The notes under the pieces are model-generated. The model did no database searches. It was not told the DNA's origin and saw only the letters and a program-made list of their open reading frames with translations. The position numbers and the translations under genes were made by a program. This document shows, in pieces, positions 14,110 through 25,020 of a DNA stretch of 64,000 nt. Position 1 is the first letter of the stretch, and every line of letters begins with the position of its first letter. Source of the DNA: Felis catus. Its lineage: Eukaryota. The stretch covers positions 122,638,001 through 122,702,000 of the forward strand of contig NC_058368.1 in the NCBI RefSeq assembly GCF_018350175.1. Reading direction: 5' to 3'.

Positions 14110-14410
14110 ACCGCAGAACTGGGGTTTGCCAGAGGGGAGGAGAGTGGGGGAGAGGGGCAAAATGGGTGAAGGGAAGTGGGAGACACAGGCCTCCAGGTAT
14201 GGAAAGAGTAAGTTACAGGGATAAAGGCACAATATGGAGAATATAGTCAATGATATTGTAACAGTTTTATAGGGTAACAGATGGTAGCTACGCTAGTAGC
14301 AAGAACATAACACATATGCCTAACACAGCATAGCATGATGTAGACTTGCTGAATCACTAGTTGTACACCTGAAACTAATGTAACACTGTGTCAACCTATA
14401 CTTCCATTTA
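14110..14410 (+). mobile_element. Carnivore L1 (L1_Carn-like) 3' UTR
   Basis: GAATATAGTCAATGATATTGTAA...GTTGTACACCTGAAACTAATGTAACACTGTGTCAAC. Confidence 0.8.
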
Positions 14411-14426
14411 AAACACTGTGCCAGGT

Positions 14427-14463
14427 GGCTCCGTGGCACAATGGATAGTGCACTGGACTTCTA
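14427..14463 (+). pseudogene. Tailless retropseudogene of the tRNA-Arg(TCT) 5' half (5' exon)
   Basis: GGCTCCGTGGCACAATGGATAGTGCACTGGACTTCTA is 34/37 identical to the recalled 5' exon of intron-containing tRNA-Arg-TCT (GGCTCCGTGGCGCAATGGATAGCGCATTGGACTTCTA). Flanked by imperfect TSD TAAAACACYGTGYCA. Confidence 0.8.
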
Positions 14464-15218
14464 AAACACCGTGTCAACCTACACGTTCCAAGAAAATCTC
14501 AAATTTAACTCAACTAAAATTTGAGGGGTTGGGGAGGGTTTTTTTGTTTGTTTTTTAGAATTCAGTATGTTAAGACCATTATTTCTTAAGAATTTCAAAC
14601 ATACACCGACATGGAGAGGAAAGTATAACAAACCGCACGTGTTAATGAGAAAACATCAACAATTATAAAATGCTGTTTTAAAAATAGAGACACGAAGGCC
14701 CAGAAGGTGAAGGGACTTGGCCAAATTTACATAGTGACTAACAGAACCATGTCTCTCCCTTGCTTTCATGGCTTTCAGACAAATGTTCTTTCCACCAGGG
14801 TGGAGGTGGCCTCAGATAAGTGTAAGAGCTGTTATATAATAAGATGTGCTTCTAAAAGTAGACAGGACCAAGCCACTATCAGGAAGCCATGCACTTTAAA
14901 TTGTCTGGCCAGACACGAGAATGATCGCTCCTACCAGCTAATTCAAAACAGTGTCGGAAGTCAGAAAAGCTTGGCATGACTCCCTGACGCACTGAGTGAT
15001 GAGCTAATTGATGTTCCTTCATTCAATATTTCATTCAAATATTATTGAGGGTCCATTACATGCCAGCGACTGTGCTAACTGCCAGGACAGAATTGTACAG
15101 AACACAGATTTTAAGTAAGTTACTGAAACTTTCCTACTCATCCATTGATTCATTCAAAAGTATGTACTGACCACCTATTATGTATGAGTCAAACCCTGTG
15201 TTAGAAATGAAGGGCATT

Positions 15219-15456
15219 GGGGCGCCTGGGTGGCGCAGTCGGTTAAGCGTCCGACTTCAGCCAGGTCACGATCTCACGGTCCGTGAGTTCGAGCCCCGCA
15301 TCAGGCTCTGGGCTGATGGCTCAGAGCCTGGAGCCTGTTTCCGATTCTGTGTCTCCCTCTCTCTCTGCCCCTCCCCCGTTCATGCTCTGTCTCTCTCTGT
15401 CCCAAAAATAAATAAACGTTGAAAAAAAAATTAAAAAAAAAATTAAAAATAAAAAA
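15219..15456 (+). mobile_element. Young SINEC_Fc
   Basis: CpG-rich near-consensus body; perfect 16-bp TSD AGAAATGAAGGGCATT (15203-15218, 15457-15472). Confidence 0.95.
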
Positions 15457-15494
15457 AGAAATGAAGGGCATTGACTCAAAAAGCTCCCAGGCTA

Positions 15495-15700
15495 GGGGCA
15501 CCTGAGTGGCTCAGTCGGATAAGCGTCAGACTCTTGATTTTGGCTCAGGTCATGATCTTGCAGTTCGTGGGATCGAGCCCCACGTCCGGCTCTGCACTGT
15601 TAGCATGGAGCCTGCTTGGGATTCTCTCCCTCTCTCTTCCCGTTCCTGGCTAGTTATCTCTCTCAAAATAAATAAACATTTGAAATTGGGGGAAAAAAAA
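15495..15700 (+). mobile_element. CanSINE
   Basis: TSD AAAAG(C/T)TCCCAGGCTA. Confidence 0.88.
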
Positions 15701-17899
15701 AAGTTCCCAGGCTAGTAGGAAAGAGACAAACAAGAATTTCTAATACAGAATAAGTAACAGCTACAAGCATCTCAGAAAGCACACAAGAGAACCTTACCTG
15801 ACCTTGAGGGCTCAGGGAAAATCCCTGAAAACACTCAAGATGAAGCTGAGGTAGGAAGGAAAGCAAGTAAGAGTAGGCCCAGTTGCCTCCTCTGTAAACT
15901 GGGAATAATAATATCCTCCCCTTGAGATGCTGTGAGTGTAAAAGAAACATTCACATGAAGGGGCCGGCCTGGCCCATCGCAATGGCATGGCGTTACACGT
16001 TACCGTCTCCATGTTCACATGCACGAGTGCTGACCAGGACCTTATGTCTGTCTGCGGTTAATAATCAATGAAGTCGAGAACACATATAGGAAGAAATCTT
16101 TGTCTCCCGCCTCATTAGCATCAGAGTCCAAGCAAGTAACCAGGCCCAGACACGGGCCCTGGAAAGGAAAGGAGCCTGCACTGCTGGCCACTTCATTTGC
16201 GAAATTCACCCTGTGGCAAACACTGTACCAAACGCAATTTTCCTCCTAAAGTGGTTTCCTCCCCACCCCTCCTCCATCAAGTTCCCCTCTCCCGCTACCA
16301 AGTGATTGATGTCTCACTGAGGGCCTTTTCCCCTTCAAAGCCCATCTGGCCTTCCTGCCTCAGCCGGCAGGGAGGGTGTAATCCTGTGTTTGCAGCTTTG
16401 CTGACGGTTTCTATGGATATTATGACAATATTACAGCTATTGTGAAGCCGCATCAGGGCTGACTGAATGAGGGGTCAGGACTTGAAAAGGGGAAATTTGG
16501 AATTAAACATCAACAACCTAAGGCCTCGGAGACAATGACTGGTTTTTGGAACGTCGCTCCTATCAACGGTAACAAACACTAACACGCGAATATTGTTCCT
16601 GTATGAACAATCTGCGGAAGGCTTATTTCTCAAATCCCTCCTGGAGAGTACCCAGAAGACAAAAGTCAGGCCCCAAGCAAGGGCTCCCCGGCCACACTCA
16701 GCAGTGCCAGCAAGGGAAAACTTCAGGCAGGGGTGTCACTTGAATAACCACACTGCAAACCTCTGCCTTGTCCCACGAGACCACATTGCGACCGCCGAGC
16801 ATTCGGTGTGGCTCCTTAACCACTCTCAAGTCATCCTGAGAACTTTGTACAGAATTGGGAAACAGAAATGCTTATGAAGGGAAAAGGAGGGGTCAGCAGC
16901 CATTAATAGTTCCCAAATGTTGAGCCGGTAAAGCAAGTAGGCACAGAACTCTACCTCCCCGTAGGATCTCTGTCGCCAGCACCCCTCCTTACTTTTGCCG
17001 TGGCCCGTATTTTCTTCTGTGACAGGTTTAAATTTTTTTTTCTTTTTTTTGTCAACCATGTTTTGAGGTTAATGTGAACAGGCCTCTCTTCTTTGTAAGA
17101 GAAAATGTAATGGTTTTACTCAAATTCCAAAGCAAGGCTAGGTCATTGTGGAAAACGTGGAAAATGTTGCTGAAGAAATAGAAGAAAACACAAGGTATTA
17201 TTGTCCTGCACAGAAATATGCCACTGCTAAGATTCTGTTCAACTTCCGTGTCAGTTTTATGGTTTGGAGATTCAGACAGAATTCTGGCTCTGCAAACTGT
17301 CTGAACTTGCAGAGAGATCAGTTAACCTCTCTAAACCTCTGTGTTCCTGCCCAGGGGCTTGATAAGGATGAAGCACCAAATAAGCCAGGAACACGTTCTC
17401 ACACCATTATTCTTGTACAGCATCATTTTTAATGGCTCTAGGGTATTCTGTCGTGTGACTATGCCATAAATTATTTACAATATCCTGTTACTGAGTGAGT
17501 CAGTTGTTTTATATATTCACCATTACAAGAGAGTGACTTCTGATAAATAATCTCCGGTTTTCCTCTTGTTTCCTATGTATTATTCAGCAGAGGGGCTTGA
17601 GTCACCTAATTTACAGCATATACACTAAGCACATGGGACTGTGAACACTGAGGAAGAACAGGGACAGTGGAGCGTCCTGCCCTTAGAGCTGAGCTAGTGG
17701 GGAGAGCGGAAGGGGCAGGAGGCTGGGAAACAGGACATTTGGGTCTTAGCTTCCCCTCAGCCCCCTTCTATGAACTGTGTAACTTGGCAAATGATCTAAT
17801 CTCTCATTTCTTATCTATTAAATGAGTGTAATTATAAAGCCTCCCTCCAAGGGTTTCTGTGAACAGACTAAATTAATAAATGTTAAGTCCTTTAAAAAA

Positions 17900-18900
17900 A
17901 AAATGCCTGGCACAGCACTATTCACAATGGCCAAAAAGTAGAAACAACCAAAATGTCCATCAGCTGATGAACGGGAAAACAAAATGTGGCATATCCTGTA
18001 CCTCAAAGGAATACAACACTGAATGTCAGCTACACTTCAATAATAAAATTTTAAATCCTACTCACTTATGGTGATGAAACTATTCTATAGGACACTGTAG
18101 ATACAGGTCATTATACTTTTTGTCAACACCCATAGAATATACAAAACCAAGACTGAATCCTAATGTAAAGTGTGGGCTTAATAACAAAGTATCAACACTG
18201 GCCCATCAATTGTAACAAAATACCAAACTAACGCAAAATGTTAATAATAGAGGAAATCAATGATGGGTGAGGGTAAGGGGGTATGTTGGGGTTCTGTGCT
18301 TTCTGTTCATTTTTTATTTTTTTCTGTAAAAAAGTGCACAGTTTTTCTAAAAACTGCACAAGAAAATAAAGTCTATTAATTAAAAAAAAAAATCTATTCA
18401 GAAAGGACGTGAAAGAAAAGTGGTACAGCCATACAATGGAATATTATTCAGCCATAACAAATAATAAAATACCAACACATGCTACAAGATGAACCTTTAA
18501 AACATTACACTCAGTGAAAGAAGCCAAACCAAAAGAGGCCACACATTGTATGACTCCATTTTTATGGAATGTCCAGAATAGCGAAATCTATAGAGACAGA
18601 AAGTGGATTTGTTGTTGCCAGGGGCTGGAGGGAGGGGCAAATGGGGAGGGACTGCTAACGGGTACAGAGTTTCCATTTGAGATCATGGAAACGTTCTGGA
18701 ACAAGATAGTGGTAATGATTGCACAATGCTGTAAATGGAAACTGTACTTTAAAATTGTTAATGTCAAAAAAATTGTTAATGTCAACTATACTCCAATAAA
18801 AAAAAGTCAACTATACTTCAATTAAAAAAAAGAAAATAAAATTTAAAAAGTTAAAATGGAAAACTTTTATGTTATGCATATTTTACCAAGGTTAAAAAAA
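17900..18900 (+). mobile_element. Nested old L1 3' fragments (L1MB-like containing an L1MC-like 3' end and L1_Carn tips), inside a MIR
   Basis: AACCAAAATGTCCATCAGCTGATGAA; CCATACAATGGAATATTATTCAGCC; L1MC-type CCCATAGAATATACAAAACCAAGA; MIR pieces on both flanks. Confidence 0.75.
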
Positions 18901-20096
18901 AAGAGTGCCTGGTATATAGTAAGCACTCAAAAATTTTTATTTTTCACCCTTATTCCCATCTTGGGGTCTCAATTTTCCTATTCATAAAGTGAAAAGGAAA
19001 AATAATCTTTGAAATTGCTCCTTGCTCTGAGATTCTACAGTCTAATCGGATGAATCTGCCATGTGACAGAGAAATCTTTTTTGTGAATATCTATTTCCTT
19101 CCTTCTCCCTCCCTTGGTGGAAGGGGAACCCGTGCCCTTCCTCTGAGCACCCACTTTAAAGCTGCCATCACCTCTTTCGCAAATCCCTTCGAGTACCTGA
19201 CAGATCTCTGATTGCTAGTGACCCTGAAAAGGCTAAGGATGGAGTCTTAGTAAGTATCTGTTGGACTCATGAATGGATGAAAGAATAAATAAATGAATGA
19301 AAGCTCAAAGGGACAGCCACCGACTCTCACTGCATGCCCCGAAGGGAGCTAGCCCCAGCTGAATTCCTGACCTCAAGTCAGGTTTCCTGAATGGTGAGCA
19401 TACATGTTCCAAAAGGCAGTACACACCCTCCCGAGTACACCCTTTCTCTGAACACCCTTAAGCACATATTTATAAAGGCATTATTTCAGCTCCCAAAACT
19501 TCCCATTTTTAAATCTGTTTGCATGTTCTCCGTGTGAGTAAGCATTCTCCCCATTCACTTAACAATGTCACGTTCTGTTAAGGACTCCAAGAGAACCTAT
19601 TTTCCACCGTTTGCTCTCCTCTTTGCAACTCCAAGATGTTGGCTGCCTTCACACCTCTGCTTTTTCTAGCACGGCAGCAAAGCTTTATTTTCAGCCTGAC
19701 CTCCTTCTTCCTAATCACTCGGACTTCCTGTATTTGTTTCTTTCTCACTGTCATTTCCAGGTTATCCTATTCGACCGCCCCCCCCCCCCCACCTTTCCTC
19801 GTCTTTGTTCTTTACAAAACCTTGTCTCCGCTTCGTAAATTTGCCATGTCTAAAAAATCTTGCAGTGTTCTCCTCTTCATTGCCAGGTACGTGTTTATTT
19901 TTAATTTCCTCCTCCAAACTCCAGACATCCTGAAAGGAGCGCAAGTGTTTCTGAGCCTTTCAAATGGTTTTGCCTAGTTACCTCAAATTTCTAAATCTTT
20001 TCATATTGAAAAGCTGCTAAGGTCCCCTCTGCTACTCTAATGCTCATGCAAACACACAATCCCATACACCCTTAAGCCCCTCTTATATTCAAGACC

Positions 20097-20305
20097 AAGA
20101 GCTGACAAACAAATGCCCGTGGGTCAAATCCAGCCCACTGCCTGATTTCTGTAAAAAAAGTTTTAGTGGCACACAGACACACTCATTCATTCACACACAT
20201 ATTGTCTATGGATAACTTTGTTATACAGACTCTGGAAGTTGGGGTGGAAACCTGATAGCCCACAAAGCCTAAAATATTTATTATCTAAGCCTTTATAGAC
20301 TCTTG
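20097..20305 (+). mobile_element. MER58A-like hAT-Charlie MITE
   Basis: CAAATCCAGCCCACTGCCTG...AAAGTTTTAGTGGCACACAG...GCCCACAAAGCCTAAAATATTTA. Confidence 0.7.
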
Positions 20306-21039
20306 TTGTAGGCACGTGAGGGATATCTCATCCTTTATTTACAAACTCTTAGTTGACGGCATGCATTGCCAGATACTGCCTTCATTTCAACTCCCCAACA
20401 CCCAGGAGAAACTCCCTATACTCCACTCTACAATCTCACTGAAAGATCTGGCTGGCTTCCTCACTCTTGCTTGGTAAGTAGAAGAAAACTGTATCTCTGG
20501 AAAGGTTTTGTCTCCCTACCAATTGTGTGAGATATTATTATTCATCAATGGTATTTTTTTTTTTTTACTTCTCGCTTAGGATCCATTTACCCCACAACTT
20601 CAACTTCCCATTTCAGTGGGTTTCTTTCTTTCTATCCAAGTGAGAGAATGTGAGGATATTAGTAAGAGGAAAACAGTCCCTCCCTAGCCCACTTTCAACT
20701 CAACATAAGCACTGCATCTTTTCTCTTCGGACACAGGCTAGCTTCTTGGAAATAAACCAAATCGCTCTGTCCTTGGTACAGATTGTCTAGAAAAGTGGTG
20801 TGTGAGCGAGCCCCAGGCCTCCTGTAGATCTCAATTTGAGCCCTATCTCTGGCACCATCCTTTGAATAGGATCTGCCCTTAGCAGATAGTAAAAGTGCTT
20901 TAAATGAGGCGAACCTACCAACAAGTCACAGCATCCAAGAAAAATTATCATCAGCACTTGAATATCATGAAAACTCTCTGAGCCTCTCCACTTCTTCCCT
21001 TGCTCCGCCTCTTGGCCTCTTTCTAGGGATTCACAGCTG

Positions 21040-21288
21040 CTTCTTCTTCTTCTTCTTCTTCTTCTTCTTCTTCTTCTTTAATGTTTATTTATTTACTCTT
21101 GAGAGAGAGAGAGAGAGAGCACAAGCCGGGGAGGGGCAGAGAGAGGGGGGTAAACACAGAATCCAAATCAGGTTCCAGGCTCTGAGCCATCAGTGCATAG
21201 CCTGACACGGGGCTCGAACTTATACACCATGAGACTATGACCTGAGCAGAAGTAGGACCCTTAACTGACTGAGCCACCCAGGTGCCCC
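21040..21288 (-). mobile_element. CanSINE whose tail is (GAA)13
   Basis: TSD GGGATTCA(C/G)AGCT (21026-21038, 21290-21302); (CTT)13 at 21040-21078. Confidence 0.9.
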
Positions 21289-21440
21289 CGGGATTCAGAG
21301 CTTGTAATGTCTTCTGGTTCAGTAACTGTGTTCACCCTTTGGACTTGATCAAATTCAGCTTCCCTATTTTGATTCTATGAGCCCTGTCCACTCACTCTCC
21401 AGAAAGTCCCCCTGGTAGAAGTTTTATTGGGATGATCCTC

Positions 21441-21672
21441 TTTTTTTTTTTTTTTTAATTTTTTTTTCAACGTTTTTATTTATTTTTGGGACAGAGAGAG
21501 ACAGAGCATGAACGGGGGAGGGGCAGAGAGAGAGGGAGACACAGAATCGGAAACAGGCTCCAGGCTCCGAGCCATCAGCCCAGAGCCTGACGCGGGGCTC
21601 GAACTCACGGACCGCGAGATCGTGACCTGGCTGAAGTCGGACGCTTAACCGACTGCGCCACCCAGGCGCCCC
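21441..21672 (-). mobile_element. Young SINEC_Fc
   Basis: Near-consensus with CpGs intact; perfect TSD TATTGGGATGATCCTC. Confidence 0.95.
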
Positions 21673-22514
21673 TATTGGGATGATCCTCTTAACCAAGCCA
21701 GTTCTAGTGCTGGACCCCACTCAGTACCAATGTTTAGCCGCCACCACATAAAAGAACAGCAAAATAGTATGCAAAAATCCATCAAACAGTCCTTAGGCCA
21801 AAATCTGGACTTTATCCCTTTCTAGTTGTATAATTAAAGGAAGTCAAGGCACCTCTCCAAGATTCGGTTTCTCTTCCAGACAATGTAGATATTAATACCT
21901 ATTCCGTAGGGTTAGTGTAAGGATTGCCAGTAGCAGCAGCTCCTTGCATGAACAAGTACTCCATAAATGGAGCTTTTCATTAGAACACACCGTGAACCTC
22001 GTCTCTGTGCCTTAAAGCCAAGGAAAGGTAGAATTCCAAGAGATTATGCTGACAACTACTTTAGTAGAGAGAGAACAGGTGCTTTGTTTTTTCTTTCTAC
22101 ATTTTTATCTCCAGCTAAGATCTAAAATCTTCTTCTTCCAACGTCTTTTACTTTACCCACCCCCCCCTTGCCTGGCTCCTGTGGCCCCTTCATCTCTGCT
22201 GTTGAGCATTGTGGCCCAGCCTGCACTCCTCCTTCTTCTTCCCTGATTTACCCAGAGTCCTGCCCTTGCAGTCCCACATGGCAAGCAAGCATCCCATGCT
22301 CACTCTTCCGGTAGCATGAAAACAACCACACCACATGCAACCGTTTCCAGGAAGTTTCCATTCATGAATGATAAAGAAATGAATACACACAAAGATTTGG
22401 CTAGAAGAACATCTCTCACCTCCTTATTTACAATGACAAAAGAAGAGAAGTAAAAGTGAAATTGAAACTGAAAGCAAAAATAAAAATGTCCAACTAAAAG
22501 AAATGAGTAACTCA

Positions 22515-22610
22515 GGAAGCCTGGCTCAGTCAGCAGAACATACGACTCTTGATCTTAGGGTTGTGGGTTCAAGCCCCATACTGGGTGTATAAATTACTTT
22601 AAAAAAATTT
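22515..22610 (+). mobile_element. Older short CanSINE
   Basis: GGCTCAGTCAGCAGAACATACGACTCTTGATCTTAGGGTTGTGGGTTCAAGCCCC. Confidence 0.7.
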
Positions 22611-22757
22611 TTTAAATAAAATGTTTTTAAATGGAAACTAGTAGCTAAATATGTAATACATCACAACAGAGGCAAAGATAAAAGTTACATCTGATTTCTT
22701 CTCAGAAACCATACAAACAAAAGAGAATAGATTGACATATTTAAAGTGTTGAGAGAA

Positions 22758-23005
22758 GGGTGCCTGGGTGGCTCAGTCCATTAAGCGTCCGACTTCGGCT
22801 CAGGTCATGATCTCACAGTTCGTGAGTTTGAGCCCCATATCAGGTTCTGTACTGACAGCTCAGACCCTGGAGCCTGCTTCAGCTTCTGTGTTTCCCTCTC
22901 TCTTGCCCCTCCCCCACCAGTGCTTGCTCTCGCGCGCGTGCTCTCTCTCTCTCTCTCTCTCAAAACTAACCATTAAAAAAAATTTTTTTAAAGAAATTCA
23001 AAAAA
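22758..23005 (+). mobile_element. CanSINE inside L1
   Basis: 16-bp TSD TAAAGTGTTGAGAGAA. Confidence 0.9.
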
Positions 23006-23073
23006 TAAAGTGTTGAGAGAAAAAACCCACCATCCTACAATTCTGACCTTGCAAAATATCCTTCCAAAGTGAA

Positions 23074-23510
23074 ACACATGAGAAGATGCCCAACATCACT
23101 CGTCTCAGGGAAATGCAAATCAAAACACAGTTAAGATATCACTTCACACCTGTCAGAATGGTTAGAATCAGAAAGACAAGAAACAACAAGCACTGGTAAG
23201 GATGCAGAGAAAAAGGAACCTTCATGCATCGTTGGTGGGAATGTAAATTGGTGGAGCCACCAACAGTGGCTGGAAAACATACGGGAAGACAGCATGGAAG
23301 TTCCTTAAAAAATTAAAAATAGAAATACCAGATGATCCAGTAATCCCACTACTGGGTATTTACGCAAAGAAAGCAAAAACACTAATTTGAAAAGATACAT
23401 ACACCCCTATGTTTTCTGCAGTATTATATACAACAGCTAAGATATGGAAGCAACCCAAGTGTCCATCCACAGACGAATGGATAAGGAAGATGTGATGTAT
23501 ATATATATAT

Positions 23511-23559
<49 letters not shown>

Positions 23560-24085
23560 TATATATACACACATATATATGTATATATACACATATATAT
23601 GTATACATACACATATAATGGAATATTATTCAGCCATAAAAAAATGAGATCTTGCCATTTGCATCAACATGGACAGACCTAGAGGGTATAATGCTAAATG
23701 AAATGTCAGAGAAAGACAAGTACTATATGATTTTACTTATGTGTGGAATCCAAAAAACATAACAAATGAACAAACAAACAAACAAAAAGCAGAAACAGAC
23801 CCATAAATACAGAGAAAAAACTGATGGTTGCCAGAGGCCAAGAGGGTCAAAGAGGGGCAAAATGGGTGAAGGGGAGCAGAAGATAAAGGCTTTCAGTTAT
23901 GAAATGAGTAAGTCACCGGGATAAAAGGAACAGCACAGGGAATATAGTGAGTGGTACCGTAATAGGGCTGTATAGTGACAGAAGGTAGCTACACGGGTGG
24001 CGAGCGTAGCATATCATGTAGTCTTGTGGAATCACTTTGTTGTATACCAGAAACTAATGACATGTGTCCATTATCATTTTAAAAA
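23074..24085 (+). mobile_element. Carnivore L1 3' fragment nested in the older L1 ORF1
   Basis: ORF2 C-terminal (GGGAAATGCAAATCAAAAC...) and L1_Carn-type 3' UTR; the host ORF1 resumes at GGAGAAATAAAGAC. Confidence 0.85.
23497..23616. repeat. Compound (TA)n/(CA)n microsatellite
   Basis: Directly visible alternating TA/CA tract within L1. Confidence 0.95.
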
Positions 24086-24286
24086 ATGGAAGGAGAAATA
24101 AAGACTTTCTCAGACAAATAAAAACTAAGGGAATGTGTTGGCAGTACATCTGCGTTGCAAGAAATGTTAAAAGAAATTCTTCACAAACAAGAAATGATAG
24201 GGGTCTGCAATGTGAATGTCCATGAAGAAAAGAAAGAGCACTACAGGAGGAATAAGTGACGCTAATATAAAAATGTAATTTTTCTC

Positions 24287-24510
24287 GGGCGCCTGGGTGG
24301 CGCAGTCGGTTAAGCGTCCGACTTCAGCCAGGTCACGATCTCGCGGTCCGTGAGTTCGAGCCCCGCGTCGGGCTCTGGGCTGATGGCTCAGAGCCTGGAG
24401 CCTGTTTCCGATTCTGTGTCTCCCTCTCTCTCTGCCCCTCCCCCGTTCATGCTCTGTCTCTCTCTGTCCCAAAAATAAATAAACGTTGAAAAAAAAAATT
24501 TTTTTTTTAA
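24287..24510 (+). mobile_element. Young SINEC_Fc
   Basis: Near-consensus; perfect 18-bp TSD AAAAATGTAATTTTTCTC (24269-24286, 24511-24528). Confidence 0.95.
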
Positions 24511-24804
24511 AAAAATGTAATTTTTCTCATCCTTAATTGATCTAACATGTAATGGTTTGTTCAAAATAATAATAGCAACAATGCATTCAATTAGATATGT
24601 CTATATATGCTTCTGTATAAGTGAAGTGAATAACTAATAATACAAGGGACAGAGCAGGGAAGAATTGCAAATATTTTGTTATTTTATGGTACTTGCACTA
24701 CCCATGAAGTGGTACAGTGTTATTTGGAGGTATACCTGGGTGAGTCGTAAATGCATACTGCGAACTCTAGGGCAACCACTAGAAAAAGTAAAAAAGAAGT
24801 GTGA

Positions 24805-25020
24805 GGGGCACCTGGGTGCTTCAGTCAGTTAAGCTTGGACTCTTGTTTTCAGCTCAGGTCATGATCTCATGGTTCCTGAGTTCGAGCCCCACGTAGGGCT
24901 CTGTGCTGACAGTGCGGGGCCTGCTTGGAATTCTCTCTCTCCCTCTTTTTCTCTCTGTCTGCTCCTCCTCCTCCACTCACTCGCTTTCTCAAAATAAATA
25001 AATAATCTTTTTTCTTTAAA
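24805..25020 (+). mobile_element. CanSINE inside L1
   Basis: GGGGCACCTGGGTG head, CT tract, A-rich tail. Confidence 0.88.

Noticed and set aside
24167..24472. Recurrent GQRETEHERGRGRERGRHRIG / AQSVKRPTSAQVMIS ORFs across the window
   Set aside because: Translations of CanSINE sequence, not genes.
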